Assembly: GCA_963674865.2 (NCBI GenBank)
Contig: CAXXYE010000003.1
Location: forward strand, 32,001-96,000
Direction: 5' to 3'
DNA: 64,000 nt
Source of the DNA: Candidatus Hydrogenedentota bacterium
Lineage (GTDB): Bacteria > Hydrogenedentota > Hydrogenedentia > Hydrogenedentales > SLHB01
The notes under the pieces are model-generated. The model searched no databases. It saw only the letters and a program-made list of their open reading frames with translations, and was not told the DNA's origin. A program made the position numbers and the translations under genes. This document shows, one piece after another, positions 37,252-47,507 of this stretch. Position 1 is the first letter of the stretch; each line of letters starts with the position of its first letter.

Positions 37252-40200
37252 ATGGGCGGCGGCAACGGCAAGGTAGGCTCGGTACTGGTTGTCGGCGGAG
37301 GAATCGCCGGCATGCAGGCGGCCTTGGACTGCGCCAACTCCGGATTCAAGGTCTACCTCCTCGAAAGCGAGCCGGCCATTGGCGGAAACATGGCAAGGCT
37401 CGATAAGACGTTCCCGACGAACGACTGCGCCATGTGCATGCTGTCGCCCAAACTCGTCGAAACCGGCCGCCATCTGAGCATCGAGATCATCGCCTACGCC
37501 GACCTCAAGAAGCTCGAAGGGCGGCCGGGCAACTTCACGGCTACGGTTAACAAGCGCGCGCGATTCGTCGATGAAGAAAAGTGCAACGGCTGCGGCGACT
37601 GCGAGCAGGTGTGCCCCGTCCTCATCAAGGACACGTTCAACGGCGGCCTCATCGAGCGCCACGCTATCTACCGGCCCTATCCTCAGGCCATTCCCAATGT
37701 CTACACCATTGACAAGCAAGCCTCGCCTCCGCCGTGCCGGGGCACGTGTCCCGCGGGCGTGAACGCCCAAGGTTACGTCGCCCTCATCGCCAAGGGGAAG
37801 TTTCTCGAAGCGCTGGATGTCGTGCGCAATCGCATGCCCTTCGCGGGCATCTGCGGGCGAATCTGTCACCATCCCTGTGAAAACAACTGCAACCGCACGA
37901 AGATCGACACCGCCGTATCGGTTCGGAACCTGAAGCGGTTTGTGGCGGACTACGAGTGGGACTTGCTTCGTCAAGGCAAGTCCATTGAGCGCCCGCCAAG
38001 CGAAGAAGCCGAGGAAGAAAGGCAGGCGTATCCCGAGAAGGTGGCCGTTGTCGGAGGCGGCCCGGCGGGGCTGGCCTGCGCCAACGATCTGGCCGCGCTG
38101 GGACACTCCGTCACGGTGTTCGACGCCGCCCCGCAGTTGGGCGGCATGATGCGCACCGGCATCCCGCCCTACCGCCTGCCGCGCGACTTGTTGGATCACG
38201 AGATCGACCTCATCCTCGACGAGCGCATAAGCGTCCGTACGGGCGTGGCCCTCGGGCGGGACCTCTCCCTCGAGGACCTTGAGCGAGACGGCTACCAAGC
38301 GTCCTTCCTCGCCACGGGCGCGCAGCTCCCCAAGAAGATCCCCCTCGAAGGCGGCGATGCGAAGGGCGTTCTATACGGCATCCCTTTCCTGGGCGAGGTC
38401 AACGCGGGCGCGAAGCCCGAGCTGGGGAGCAAGATCGTCGTTATCGGCGGCGGAAACGTGGCCACGGACGTAGCCCGTTCGGCGCTGCGGCTGGCCGATG
38501 GCGGCTCGGTGACGCTGTATTGCCTGGAGTCGCGGGAGGAGATGCCCGCGCACACGTGGGAGATCTCGGAGGCCGAAGAGGAGGGCGTGGCGATTCGCCC
38601 GTCCTGGGGGCCGAGCCGCGTGATGGTGAAGGATGGGCGCGTAACCGGACTGGAATTGGTGCGGTGCACGGCGGTGCTTGACGAGGACAAGCGCTTCAAT
38701 CCGGCCTTTGACACGAATCAGAAAGAAACCGTTGAGGCCGACACGATCATCTTGGCCGTCGGCCAGGTGTGCGATCTGTCCTTTCTGGGCGACGCCGTCC
38801 AAACCAATCGCGGCCTCATCGAGGTCGACCGCCTGACGCTCGAAACCTCCCGCCCCGGCGTGTTCGCGGGCGGCGATAACGTTCTAGGGCCGGCCTCCCT
38901 CGTCGAGGCCGTCGAGCAGGGCCACCGGGCCGCGGAATCGATTGGCCGCTATCTGCGTGGCGAGGACATGCGCGCCGACCGCACGCCGGTTGCGCGGCCG
39001 ACGGAGTTTGCAGACATCCCGGACTGGGCCGATTGTTCGCCCGCGCTGCGCCATGAGGCGGCTCAAGCGGATGTGCAGCACCGAAGCACGTCGTTTGTGG
39101 AGATCGACAGCGGATACACCGAGGAGATGGCCGTCGCCGAGGCGCAGCGCTGCCTCAATTGCGGCGGCTGCTCCGTGTGCCGCGAGTGTGTCCGCGTGTG
39201 CAAGGCCGGAGCTATCGACCACGACATGCAGGACGAGCTTCGCGAGCTGAACGTCGGCGCCGTCATTCTGACAAACGGCTATGACACCTTCGACGCGACG
39301 CGCAAATCCGAATACGGTTACGGCCGCTATCCCAACGTGGTTACGAGCATGCAGTTCGAGCGCATCCTGAGCGCGTCCGGCCCGTACGACGGCCACGTCC
39401 GCCGCCCGTCCGACGGCGGAACGCCCAAGAAGGTGGCTTGGATTCAGTGCGTGGGCTCCCGCGATGTAACCGTGGGGAACGACTACTGCTCCTCCGTCTG
39501 CTGCATGTACGCGACGAAAGAGGCCATCATAGCTAAAGAGCATGAAAGCGATATCGAGCCTACGATCTTCTTCATCGATATGCGCGCCTTCGGCAAGGGA
39601 TTCGAGACCTTCTATAACCGCGCCAAGGACGAATGCGGCGTGCGCTACGTCCGCAGCCAAGTCTCATCGCTCAAAGAGAATCCCGAGAACCAGAACATCA
39701 TCGTCCGGTACGTCCAGGAATCGAACGGCCGGCAGCGCGTCGCCGAGGAGGAATTCGACTTGGTAGTCCTCTCCGTAGGACTCGTGGCGAAGCGCTCGAC
39801 GGAGGACGTGCTGGGCCTCTCGGACTTGGCCCGCAATCGCTACGGATTCGCGGAAGGGAAGCCGTTCACGCCGCTTCTGTCCAGTAAGGAAGGCGTGTTT
39901 CTCTGCGGGGCCGTGAGCGGGCCGAAGGATATCCCCGAGACCGTGATGGAGAGCAGCGGGGCCGCGGCCCTGTGCGGAGAACTGCTCCACTCGGTGCGCG
40001 GCACCGAGGTACAGGTGAAGGAGTATCCCGTCGAGAATGACGTGGGCGGCGAGGCGCCGCGGGTGGGTGTGTTCATCTGCCATTGCGGCGCGAACATCGC
40101 ATCCGTGGTCGACGTTGCCGCTGTGACGGAAGCCGCCAAGCGTATTCCGGGCGTCGTCTATGCGGAGCACACGATCTACACCTGCTCGCAGGATACGCAG

Positions 40201-41745
40201 GAGCGCATGAAGGAGATCATCGCCGAGAAAGGCCTGAACCGCGTCGTGGTGGCCTCGTGTACGCCACGCACCCACGAGCCGCTTTTCCAGGAGACGCTCC
40301 GCGAGGCCGGATTGAACAAGTATCTCTTCGAGATGGCCGACATCCGCGAGCAGTGCTCCTGGGTGCATCGCGAGGAGCCGGACAAAGCCATGGACAAGGC
40401 CACGGCCCTTGTGTGCGGTGCCGTCGGCAAGTCAAGATTGCTCGAGCCGCTCCAGTTCAAGCGCGTGGGCATCACCCGAGCGGCACTGATCGTCGGCGGC
40501 GGGATAGCAGGCATGACGGCCGCGCTATCCCTGGCGCGGCAGGGATTCCGCGTGCACCTAATCGAGCGAGAGGACCACCTGGGCGGCAACCTCATCCACC
40601 TGACTCGCGGCCTCGAAGGCTACGACTGGCAGGCCCATCTGAGCGAGGCGATCCGGCAGGTCGAGGACGATGAGGCCATCGACGTCTTCCTGCAAACGGA
40701 GGTGGACGAAGTCGCGGGATTTGTCGGCAACTTCCGGACACGCCTGCGAGGCGCGGCGGAAACGGAAGTCGAAGACGGGGCGATTATCGTCGCGACGGGT
40801 GCGGAGGAGCATCAGCCCGGAGCATTTCTCTTCGGGCAAGTTGAGCGCGTCATCACGCAGCGGGATCTCGAAGCCCGGCTCAATAACGGATTCTCGGCCC
40901 GGCACGTGGTGATGATCCAATGCGTCGGCAGCCGCGATGACGAGCGCCCCTACTGCTCGAGGGTGTGCTGCGGCGAAGCCGTAAAGAACGCCCTCGCCAT
41001 CAAGGAGAAGGATCCCGGCGCCAGCGTCCACATTCTCTACAGGGACATCCGCACCTTCCAGTATCGCGAGGAGTACTACAGGAAGGCCCGTGAGGCGGGC
41101 GTGATGTTCATCCATTTCCCCGATGATCAGTATCCCGAGGTGGCCGACGGCGGCGCAGGCCTGTCCGTGCGCGTTCACGACACGGTTCTCGGTGAAACGC
41201 TCGAACTGCGCCCCGACTACGTGGTGCTCAGCGCGGCCGTCGAGCCGGATCGGGCGAACAACGGCCGGCTCGCCGAGCAGCTCAAGGTATCGCTGAACGA
41301 AGACGGCTTCTTCATGGAGGCGCACCTCAAATTGCGCCCGGTGGATTTCGCCAACGAGGGGATATTCGTCTGCGGTTTGGCGCATTCGCCCAAGTACACC
41401 GAGGAGAACATCACCCAGGCGCTGGCGGCGGCCGGCCGGGCGGCGTGCATTCTCTCGAAGGAGTCGCTCGAGGTCGGCGGCGTGGTATCGCACGTGGATC
41501 CGGATAAATGCGCGACGTGCCTGACGTGCGTGCGCGAGTGCATCTACAACGCTCCCTTTGTCAACGCGGACGGCAAGGCCGAGATCGAAGAGGCAAAATG
41601 CCAGGGGTGCGGCAACTGCGCCTCGGCCTGCCCCGCCAAGGCGATCCAACTCCGCACGTTCACCGATGTGCAGGAGCGGGCGCTGTTTCGCAGCATTCTC
41701 GATGAGCAAGCGCAATCCGACTACATGGTTCTGGTGGATGAATAA
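37252..41745 (+). CDS. hdrA: Large HdrA (HdrL-type) with inserted GltD/NfnB-like NAD(P)H module
   Basis: GGGIAG..DKTFPTNDCAMC; insert CPAGVNAQGY..CGRICHHPCE..GGGPAG..GGGNVA; IQCVGSRD..YCSSVCC twice; C-terminal ferredoxin. Confidence 0.93.
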   Translation: MGGGNGKVGSVLVVGGGIAGMQAALDCANSGFKVYLLESEPAIGGNMARLDKTFPTNDCAMCMLSPKLVETGRHLSIEIIAYADLKKLEGRPGNFTATVNKRARFVDEEKCNGCGDCEQVCPVLIKDTFNGGLIERHAIYRPYPQAIPNVYTIDKQASPPPCRGTCPAGVNAQGYVALIAKGKFLEALDVVRNRMPFAGICGRICHHPCENNCNRTKIDTAVSVRNLKRFVADYEWDLLRQGKSIERPPSEEAEEERQAYPEKVAVVGGGPAGLACANDLAALGHSVTVFDAAPQLGGMMRTGIPPYRLPRDLLDHEIDLILDERISVRTGVALGRDLSLEDLERDGYQASFLATGAQLPKKIPLEGGDAKGVLYGIPFLGEVNAGAKPELGSKIVVIGGGNVATDVARSALRLADGGSVTLYCLESREEMPAHTWEISEAEEEGVAIRPSWGPSRVMVKDGRVTGLELVRCTAVLDEDKRFNPAFDTNQKETVEADTIILAVGQVCDLSFLGDAVQTNRGLIEVDRLTLETSRPGVFAGGDNVLGPASLVEAVEQGHRAAESIGRYLRGEDMRADRTPVARPTEFADIPDWADCSPALRHEAAQADVQHRSTSFVEIDSGYTEEMAVAEAQRCLNCGGCSVCRECVRVCKAGAIDHDMQDELRELNVGAVILTNGYDTFDATRKSEYGYGRYPNVVTSMQFERILSASGPYDGHVRRPSDGGTPKKVAWIQCVGSRDVTVGNDYCSSVCCMYATKEAIIAKEHESDIEPTIFFIDMRAFGKGFETFYNRAKDECGVRYVRSQVSSLKENPENQNIIVRYVQESNGRQRVAEEEFDLVVLSVGLVAKRSTEDVLGLSDLARNRYGFAEGKPFTPLLSSKEGVFLCGAVSGPKDIPETVMESSGAAALCGELLHSVRGTEVQVKEYPVENDVGGEAPRVGVFICHCGANIASVVDVAAVTEAAKRIPGVVYAEHTIYTCSQDTQERMKEIIAEKGLNRVVVASCTPRTHEPLFQETLREAGLNKYLFEMADIREQCSWVHREEPDKAMDKATALVCGAVGKSRLLEPLQFKRVGITRAALIVGGGIAGMTAALSLARQGFRVHLIEREDHLGGNLIHLTRGLEGYDWQAHLSEAIRQVEDDEAIDVFLQTEVDEVAGFVGNFRTRLRGAAETEVEDGAIIVATGAEEHQPGAFLFGQVERVITQRDLEARLNNGFSARHVVMIQCVGSRDDERPYCSRVCCGEAVKNALAIKEKDPGASVHILYRDIRTFQYREEYYRKAREAGVMFIHFPDDQYPEVADGGAGLSVRVHDTVLGETLELRPDYVVLSAAVEPDRANNGRLAEQLKVSLNEDGFFMEAHLKLRPVDFANEGIFVCGLAHSPKYTEENITQALAAAGRAACILSKESLEVGGVVSHVDPDKCATCLTCVRECIYNAPFVNADGKAEIEEAKCQGCGNCASACPAKAIQLRTFTDVQERALFRSILDEQAQSDYMVLVDE

Positions 41746-41795
41746 GGACGGACAAGCCGCTCCCGGCCGCGAGCCGGGAGGCGACTGCAACACCC

Positions 41796-42242
41796 ATGAC
41801 TGACGAACCGAACATCATCGCCTTCTGCTGCCACTACTGCGCGTTCACCGCGGCGGATCTGGCGGGAACCATGCGTCGCCAGTATCCGACGAACATCCGG
41901 ATTGTCCGGCTGCCGTGTTCCGGGAAGGTCGATGTGAACCTCATTTTGCAGGCGTTTCTCGACGGGGCCGACGGCGTGATGGTAGGCGCGTGCGAGCCCG
42001 GCGGCTGCCATTTCATCCAAGGCAACCTGCGGGCGCGGAAGCGCGTCGACTACGCCAAGCGCCTGTTGGCCGAGGTCGGCATCAGCCCGGAGCGGCTGGA
42101 GATGTACTACATCGCGGCGTCGCAAGGGCCGCTCTTTGCGCAGCGGGCGACGGAATTCACGGAGCGGATCAAACAACTCAACGCCGAGGCGGCCGCGCAG
42201 GCGGAGGAAGTCGCTCAAGAGGCGAGTGGAGAGGCGACATGA
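41796..42242 (+). CDS. mvhD: MvhD-like [2Fe-2S] subunit
   Basis: AFCCHYCAFTAADLAG, RLPCSGKV, GCHFIQGN. Confidence 0.93.
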   Translation: MTDEPNIIAFCCHYCAFTAADLAGTMRRQYPTNIRIVRLPCSGKVDVNLILQAFLDGADGVMVGACEPGGCHFIQGNLRARKRVDYAKRLLAEVGISPERLEMYYIAASQGPLFAQRATEFTERIKQLNAEAAAQAEEVAQEASGEAT

Positions 42243-42913
42243 TTGTTGCGGAACGAAAACCGTTCGATGAGGTGTATGACTTCGCCCGGCGCCACGCGAA
42301 GGTGCTGGTGCTCGGATGCGGCACGTGCGTCACCGTGTGCATGGCCGGCGGCGAGAAGGAGGTCGGCATCCTCGCCAACCAGATTCGCCTGGCCGCCCGC
42401 GAGCGCCACGACACGATTGAGGTCGCCGAGCACACCATCGAGCGCCAGTGCGATCGCGAGTTCTTCGACGAGGCCGTCAGCCGGAAGATACACGAGGCCG
42501 ACGCCGTCATCTCGATGGGCTGCGGCGTCGGCGTGCAATACTGCGTCGAGTGTTTCACCGAGGCCATCGTTTATCCCGCGTTGAACACGAAGTTCTTCGG
42601 GGCGACCATCGAGCAAGGCGAATGGGCTGAGCGCTGCGGAGGCTGCGGCGAATGCCGGCTCGACCTGTTCGGCGGCGTGTGCCCCGTGGCGCGGTGCTCC
42701 AAGCACTTGCTCAACGGGCCCTGCGGCGGGTCGTCCGATGGGAAATGCGAAGTGGATCCGGAGAACACCGATTGCGCCTGGCAGTTGATCTACGATCGCA
42801 TGGAGAGGCTCGGCCGCTTGGAGGAACTCGAGGATGTTATTCCCGCGAAAGACTGGCGTTCCGATCGGGACGGCGGGCCGCGGAAAGTGACTAGGGAAGA
42901 CGTGAAACTGTGA
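42239..42913 (+). CDS. metV: Methylene-THF reductase small subunit MetV
   Basis: MIVAERKP, GCGTCVTVC, RQCD, CGVGVQ, CPVARCSKHLLNGPCGG..GKCEV; ATG 42239 overlaps the mvhD stop. Confidence 0.92.
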   Translation: MIVAERKPFDEVYDFARRHAKVLVLGCGTCVTVCMAGGEKEVGILANQIRLAARERHDTIEVAEHTIERQCDREFFDEAVSRKIHEADAVISMGCGVGVQYCVECFTEAIVYPALNTKFFGATIEQGEWAERCGGCGECRLDLFGGVCPVARCSKHLLNGPCGGSSDGKCEVDPENTDCAWQLIYDRMERLGRLEELEDVIPAKDWRSDRDGGPRKVTREDVKL

Positions 42914-43866
42914 GCGAAGAAGCACTGAAATCGGGCAGCCGCCTTGAAAAAGTCCTGACATCCGGCCAATTCGCCGTCACCGCCGAACTCGGGCCGCCGA
43001 AGAGCGCCGATGTCGAGGCGATCAAGCAGAAGGCCGGCTATCTCAACGGCGTCGTGGATGCTGTCAACATCACCGACAACCAGACGGCCATCGTGCGCAT
43101 GTCGTCCATTGGCGCGGGCGTCTTGGCGAGAGAGGCAGGCCTCGAGCCCGTGGTGCAGGTGACGTGCCGCGATCGGAACCGCCTGGCCATTCAGAGCGAC
43201 CTCCTGGGGGCCTACGCATTGGGCATTCGCAATGTGCTGTGCCTCACGGGCGACCACCAATGCTTCGGCAATCATCCCGCGTCGAGGAATGTGTTCGACG
43301 TCGACTCCATCCAGCTCATCCAGATGCTCAAGGATATGCGCGACGACAAGGTGTTTGCCTCCGGTGAGGAGATACGGAACACGAAGAAGGCGCCCATCGT
43401 CGAGCCGCGCTTCTTCATCGGGGCAGCCGCCAATCCCTTCGGCGATCCGTTTGCTTTCCGCGTCATCCGGCTTGCCAAAAAGGTGAAAGCCGGCGTCGAT
43501 TTCATCCAGACGCAGTGCATCTACGACATGGATCGCTTCAAGCAATGGATGGAGGCCGTCCGCAATCGAGGGCTGCACGATGAGGTCTTTATCCTTGCCG
43601 GAGTCACGCCGCTGAAATCCGTCCGGATGGCTGAGTACATGCGCGACAACGTCGCGGGATTGACGGTGCCCGAGCACCTCATCGAGCGCCTGGCCAAGGC
43701 CGAGGTCCCGCGCGATGAGGGAGAGAAGATCGCCGTCGAGCAGATGCAGGAACTGCGCGAGATGCCCGGCATCAGCGGCATCCACATCATGGCCATCGAG
43801 GCCGAAAAGAGCGTCGCCGGGCTCGTCGAGAAAGCCGGCCTGCTTCCCCGGCCCCAAGTCGCGTAG
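42910..43866 (+). CDS. metF: Methylene-THF reductase MetF
   Basis: VTAELGPPK, NITDNQTA, TCRDRNRLAIQSDLLGA, LCLTGDH, KKVKAGVDFIQTQ. Confidence 0.95.
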   Translation: MSEEALKSGSRLEKVLTSGQFAVTAELGPPKSADVEAIKQKAGYLNGVVDAVNITDNQTAIVRMSSIGAGVLAREAGLEPVVQVTCRDRNRLAIQSDLLGAYALGIRNVLCLTGDHQCFGNHPASRNVFDVDSIQLIQMLKDMRDDKVFASGEEIRNTKKAPIVEPRFFIGAAANPFGDPFAFRVIRLAKKVKAGVDFIQTQCIYDMDRFKQWMEAVRNRGLHDEVFILAGVTPLKSVRMAEYMRDNVAGLTVPEHLIERLAKAEVPRDEGEKIAVEQMQELREMPGISGIHIMAIEAEKSVAGLVEKAGLLPRPQVA

Positions 43867-43936
43867 CGAAAGCCGCAAGTGGCGTCGCCGTCGCATCGCC
43901 GCGGATGCGGCAGATCTCAAAGCAAGGAGAAGGCGG

Positions 43937-46660
43937 ATGCTTACAAGTGCTTCCTATGCGGGCGTCATGTTCGGCGTGCTCCTGGCCGCCTTCGTGAGCG
44001 CAGCGGCGGACGACGCCTTCCCCGGCGTCGAATGGGAACAACGCGAGCCGGGCGCGCTCGGCCTCGACGGCGCTGAGTTGGACGAGGTGGCGGCACGCCT
44101 AGGAGGCCGCGGCTGCGTCATCAAGGACGGCTACATCGTCAAGTCCTGGGGCGACCTCGCTCAGTCCGGCGACTGGCTGTCATCCGCCAAACCTGTCTTG
44201 AGCACCATCCTCTTCTTCGCCATCGAAGAGGACCTCGTTAAGAGCGTCGATCAGCCCATCGCGGAATTCGGCTGGGATTTCCGCCCCAAGGACAAGGGCA
44301 TCACCTTCCGCCACCTCGGCGCCATGAGCAGCGGCTATGCGCGCCCCGAGGGCCCCGGCGAGGCGTGGGCCTACAACGACTTCGCCATCCAGCTCTATCA
44401 GAGGACCCTCTTCGACAAGGTGTTCAAAGGCGACGCGAAGGAGATCGCCGAAGCGCCCGAACGCCTCGGCGCCCTCGGCTTGCAGGATGGACTCCGATTC
44501 AACGGCAAACGCCGCATCTACGCCTCCGTCCGCGATTTCGCCCGCATCGTCTGGTTCTGGCTCAACCGAGGCAACTGGAATGGCCGTCAGGTGCTGCCCT
44601 CGCGCTATTTCAACGAGTACATGCGCCCGCAAACGCCCAAGGACCTGCCGCAAACCGCCAAGGCCGAGACGGATGACTACCTCGGCATCGGCTCCTACGG
44701 CGGCGGCTCGGACCACTTCAGCGTCGCCGGGCCGGGCATCTACGGCTTCAACTGGTGGTTCAACGACACCGGCCGGCTCCATCCCCACGCGCTGACGTGG
44801 CCCGATGCGCCGCCGGACACCATCATGAGCCTCGGCGCGGGCGGCAATTCCAGCGCCTTCATCCCCAGCCTGAACGTGGCCCTCGTGTGCGCCCAAGGCG
44901 ACTGGGGGAATGTGCGCGGTGGCGAGCGCGACGCTGAGATGAACCGCGTCCTTGGACTCCTGGCGGAGGCGTGTGGATACACGCCCGAACCTGTCCTCAT
45001 CACCGGCGAACGGCGGCAATGGCGCCCCATCACGCTTTCCTTCCGGGGAGACGATCTCGCCGAAACCGGCGAACCGAACCCCTTCACGGACTATCGCCTG
45101 AACGTCGCCTTCTCCAAAGGCGGCCGCACCCTCGTAGTGCCCGGCTTCTACGCCGCGGACGGAAACGCCCTGGAATCGGGCGGCGAGGCCGGCCCCGTGT
45201 GGCGCGTCCACTTCGCCCCGGATGAGGAAGGTGTCTGGGAGTATCGCGTGTCGTGCCGGACGGGCCCGGGCATCGCCACCGCTTCCGAACGAGACGCCGG
45301 CCAACCTACGGCGTTCGACGGCCTCTCGGGAAGAATCGAGATCGGCCCCGCCGACCCCGCCGCGCCCGGCTTCATCGCCACGGCCACGCTCCGCCACACG
45401 GGCGGGCGCTACCTGCAATTCGCCGGGACGAAGGAGTACTTCATTAAAGGCGGCGTGGACAGCCCGGAGAACGTGCTCGCCTTCGCGGACTTCGACGGCA
45501 CCGTGCCCACCCACAAGTACGAGCCCCACGCCGGGGACTGGCGCTTCGGCGACCCCGTGTGGCACGGCGACAAGGGGAAGAACCTGATCGGAGCGCTGAA
45601 TTACCTCGCCGGCAAGGGCATCAACTCGGTGTATTCACTGACGATGAACGTCGGGGGCGACGGCAAAGACACCTGGCCCTGGATAAGCGACACGGAACAC
45701 CTTCGCTTCGATTGCAGCAAGCTGGATCAATGGGATGTCGTCTTCCGCCACATGGATCGCCTCGGCCTGATGCTCCACGTCGTCACGCAGGAGCAGGAGA
45801 ACGACCAACTGCTCGACGGCGGCGAACTCGGGCCGGAGCGCAGGCTCTACTACCGCGAGTTGATCGCCCGCTTCGCCCATCATCCGGCACTGGTGTGGAA
45901 TCTCGGCGAGGAAAACACGAACACGCCCGAGCAGCGCCGCGCCTTCGCCGCGTACATCCGCGCCCTCGACCCCTACGACCACCCCATCGTCATCCACACC
46001 TTCCCCAGCCAACGCGACGAGGTGTACACGGACCTCCTTGGCTTCGCCGACTTGGACGGCCCCTCCCTGCAATTGGCCGATATGCGGGAAACGCACCGAG
46101 AGACGCTGAAGTGGGTGCAACGCTCACGCGAGGCCGGCCGGCCATGGTGCGTCTGCCTCGACGAGATCGGCCCTCCGAGCGTGGGCGTCAAGTCCGATGC
46201 CGAAGACCCCGACCACGACGACGTGCGGCGCTACGCCCTCTGGGGCAATCTCATGGCCGGGGGCGGCGGCTGCGAATGGTTCTTCCAGAGCGACAACCAC
46301 TGTGAAGACTGGCGCGCCCGCGACCGCATGTGGGATCTGACGCGCTACGCCCGTGCCTTCTTCCAGCAATATCTTCCCTTCCACGAGATGGTGCCCGCCG
46401 ACGAACTGGTGTCGGGCGAAGGCGCGTGGTGCCTTGCCAAGCCCGGCGAGGTGTACGCCGTCTACACGCCGAATGCGGCGGAACTGCGCCTGGAAGTCCC
46501 CGAAGGCACATATGACGTGGCCTGGTACGATCCGCGGCACGGCGGGGCCTTGGCCCAAGGCAAGCCGATCACCGGCCCCGGCCGCATCGCCCTCGGCCCG
46601 CCACCCAGCGACCCCGACAAAGACTGGGCCGTCCTAATCCGCCGAGCGGCCAGGCATTAG
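43937..46660 (+). CDS. Secreted fusion: beta-lactamase-like serine hydrolase plus DUF5060/glycoside-hydrolase-like module
   Basis: Signal peptide; SSAK (SxxK) and YND; NPFTDYRLNVAF..VPGFYAADG; WNLGEEN, DPYDHP, LWGNLMAGG; C-terminal WYDPRHG..DW domain. Confidence 0.7.
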   Translation: MLTSASYAGVMFGVLLAAFVSAAADDAFPGVEWEQREPGALGLDGAELDEVAARLGGRGCVIKDGYIVKSWGDLAQSGDWLSSAKPVLSTILFFAIEEDLVKSVDQPIAEFGWDFRPKDKGITFRHLGAMSSGYARPEGPGEAWAYNDFAIQLYQRTLFDKVFKGDAKEIAEAPERLGALGLQDGLRFNGKRRIYASVRDFARIVWFWLNRGNWNGRQVLPSRYFNEYMRPQTPKDLPQTAKAETDDYLGIGSYGGGSDHFSVAGPGIYGFNWWFNDTGRLHPHALTWPDAPPDTIMSLGAGGNSSAFIPSLNVALVCAQGDWGNVRGGERDAEMNRVLGLLAEACGYTPEPVLITGERRQWRPITLSFRGDDLAETGEPNPFTDYRLNVAFSKGGRTLVVPGFYAADGNALESGGEAGPVWRVHFAPDEEGVWEYRVSCRTGPGIATASERDAGQPTAFDGLSGRIEIGPADPAAPGFIATATLRHTGGRYLQFAGTKEYFIKGGVDSPENVLAFADFDGTVPTHKYEPHAGDWRFGDPVWHGDKGKNLIGALNYLAGKGINSVYSLTMNVGGDGKDTWPWISDTEHLRFDCSKLDQWDVVFRHMDRLGLMLHVVTQEQENDQLLDGGELGPERRLYYRELIARFAHHPALVWNLGEENTNTPEQRRAFAAYIRALDPYDHPIVIHTFPSQRDEVYTDLLGFADLDGPSLQLADMRETHRETLKWVQRSREAGRPWCVCLDEIGPPSVGVKSDAEDPDHDDVRRYALWGNLMAGGGGCEWFFQSDNHCEDWRARDRMWDLTRYARAFFQQYLPFHEMVPADELVSGEGAWCLAKPGEVYAVYTPNAAELRLEVPEGTYDVAWYDPRHGGALAQGKPITGPGRIALGPPPSDPDKDWAVLIRRAARH

Positions 46661-46681
46661 CGTCGCGACTCAGGACAAGCG

Positions 46682-47113
46682 CCAAGAAGAAGCGAAAAAC
46701 GGGGACTGATGCAAGCGGAGTCCGCCTCGGGCGGACGAAGACGTGTCTGTCCCTGCTTTTCACGCTTTTCAGGTGTCAAACGCGAACGTCATGCCCGCGA
46801 AAGCACAGCAAAAAAGGGACTGACGCATGCGAGTCCGCCCGCAGCGGGCGAGACGTGTCTGTCCCTGCTTTTCCAGGCGGACGCAGACGTGTCTGTCCCT
46901 TTTCTTGCGCATCCTTGTCATCCCGTCTAAGTCTTGCCGTTTTCTACGCTGCTCAGTCCTGTTATCCCGTCCAAATCTTCGGCGGGCCATGCCCTGCCGT
47001 CTTGGCTATCTATCCAATCCTGTTATCCCGTCCAAGTCTTGCCGTTTCTTGCGCAATCCTGTCATCCCGTCTAAATCTCCCCGTTTTCCACTCAATCCTG
47101 TCATCCCGTCAAA
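46682..47113. repeat. Repeat cluster: REP-like hairpins plus 5 ATCCTGT(T/C)ATCCCGTC-type units
   Basis: Hairpin copies at 46682 and 46808; short units at ~46911, 46956, 47016, 47055 and 47094 (last three 39 bp apart); same unit at 16559. Confidence 0.8.
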
Positions 47114-47164
47114 GAACCTCACTACACGCCCACCGGGCAACACCCCCCGTGTCGACACAACCAC

Positions 47165-47193
47165 TTGCCCCCGTGCCATGTCTGCGCTATACT
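47165..47193 (+). promoter_or_regulatory. Sigma70-type promoter shared with platform A
   Basis: TTGCCC-CCGTGCCATGTCTGCGC-TATACT (17-bp spacer). Confidence 0.65.
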
Positions 47194-47226
47194 CTCCTGC
47201 CATCGGAATGGGGAGGAAGAGGGGAC

Positions 47227-47328
47227 ATGTTCAAAGCGCCGTCTTCGGCGCGACTACCTGTCACCTTTTCGGGCCATCCTTTGAACCGGGGCGGCAAGGG
47301 CCTCAGGAGCCCCGTGGATGATCGGTAG
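47227..47328 (+). pseudogene. intI: Integron integrase remnant (33-codon mini-ORF ending in an IntI-like C-terminus)
   Basis: MFKAPSSARLPVTFSGHPLNRGGKGLRSPVDDR*; the tail matches the IntI C-terminal pattern THVLNRGG.GV.SP.D. Confidence 0.65.
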
Positions 47329-47507
47329 AGGGGAGAACGAAGGAGCAGTACACAAAGGCCATACATCCCCTGAGGCCATTGCCGGACATGGCTTAATATA
47401 TTGCAAATACAGGCTTTAGGCCAGCGTTTCCGGAGGAGCTTTATGCCGCTTTCGCCCGGCCCGAAGACGGGTCGCGCATCACTTGGCAGCCATTGGGGGA
47501 GGTACGA

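Noticed and set aside
35830..42242. Selenocysteine readthrough in Hdr/MvhD
   Set aside because: The relevant positions are Cys codons and the ORFs are uninterrupted.
46911..47113. Second CRISPR array
   Set aside because: The units are about 17-20 nt, degenerate and irregularly spaced, with similar intervening sequences; this is a simple repeat family.
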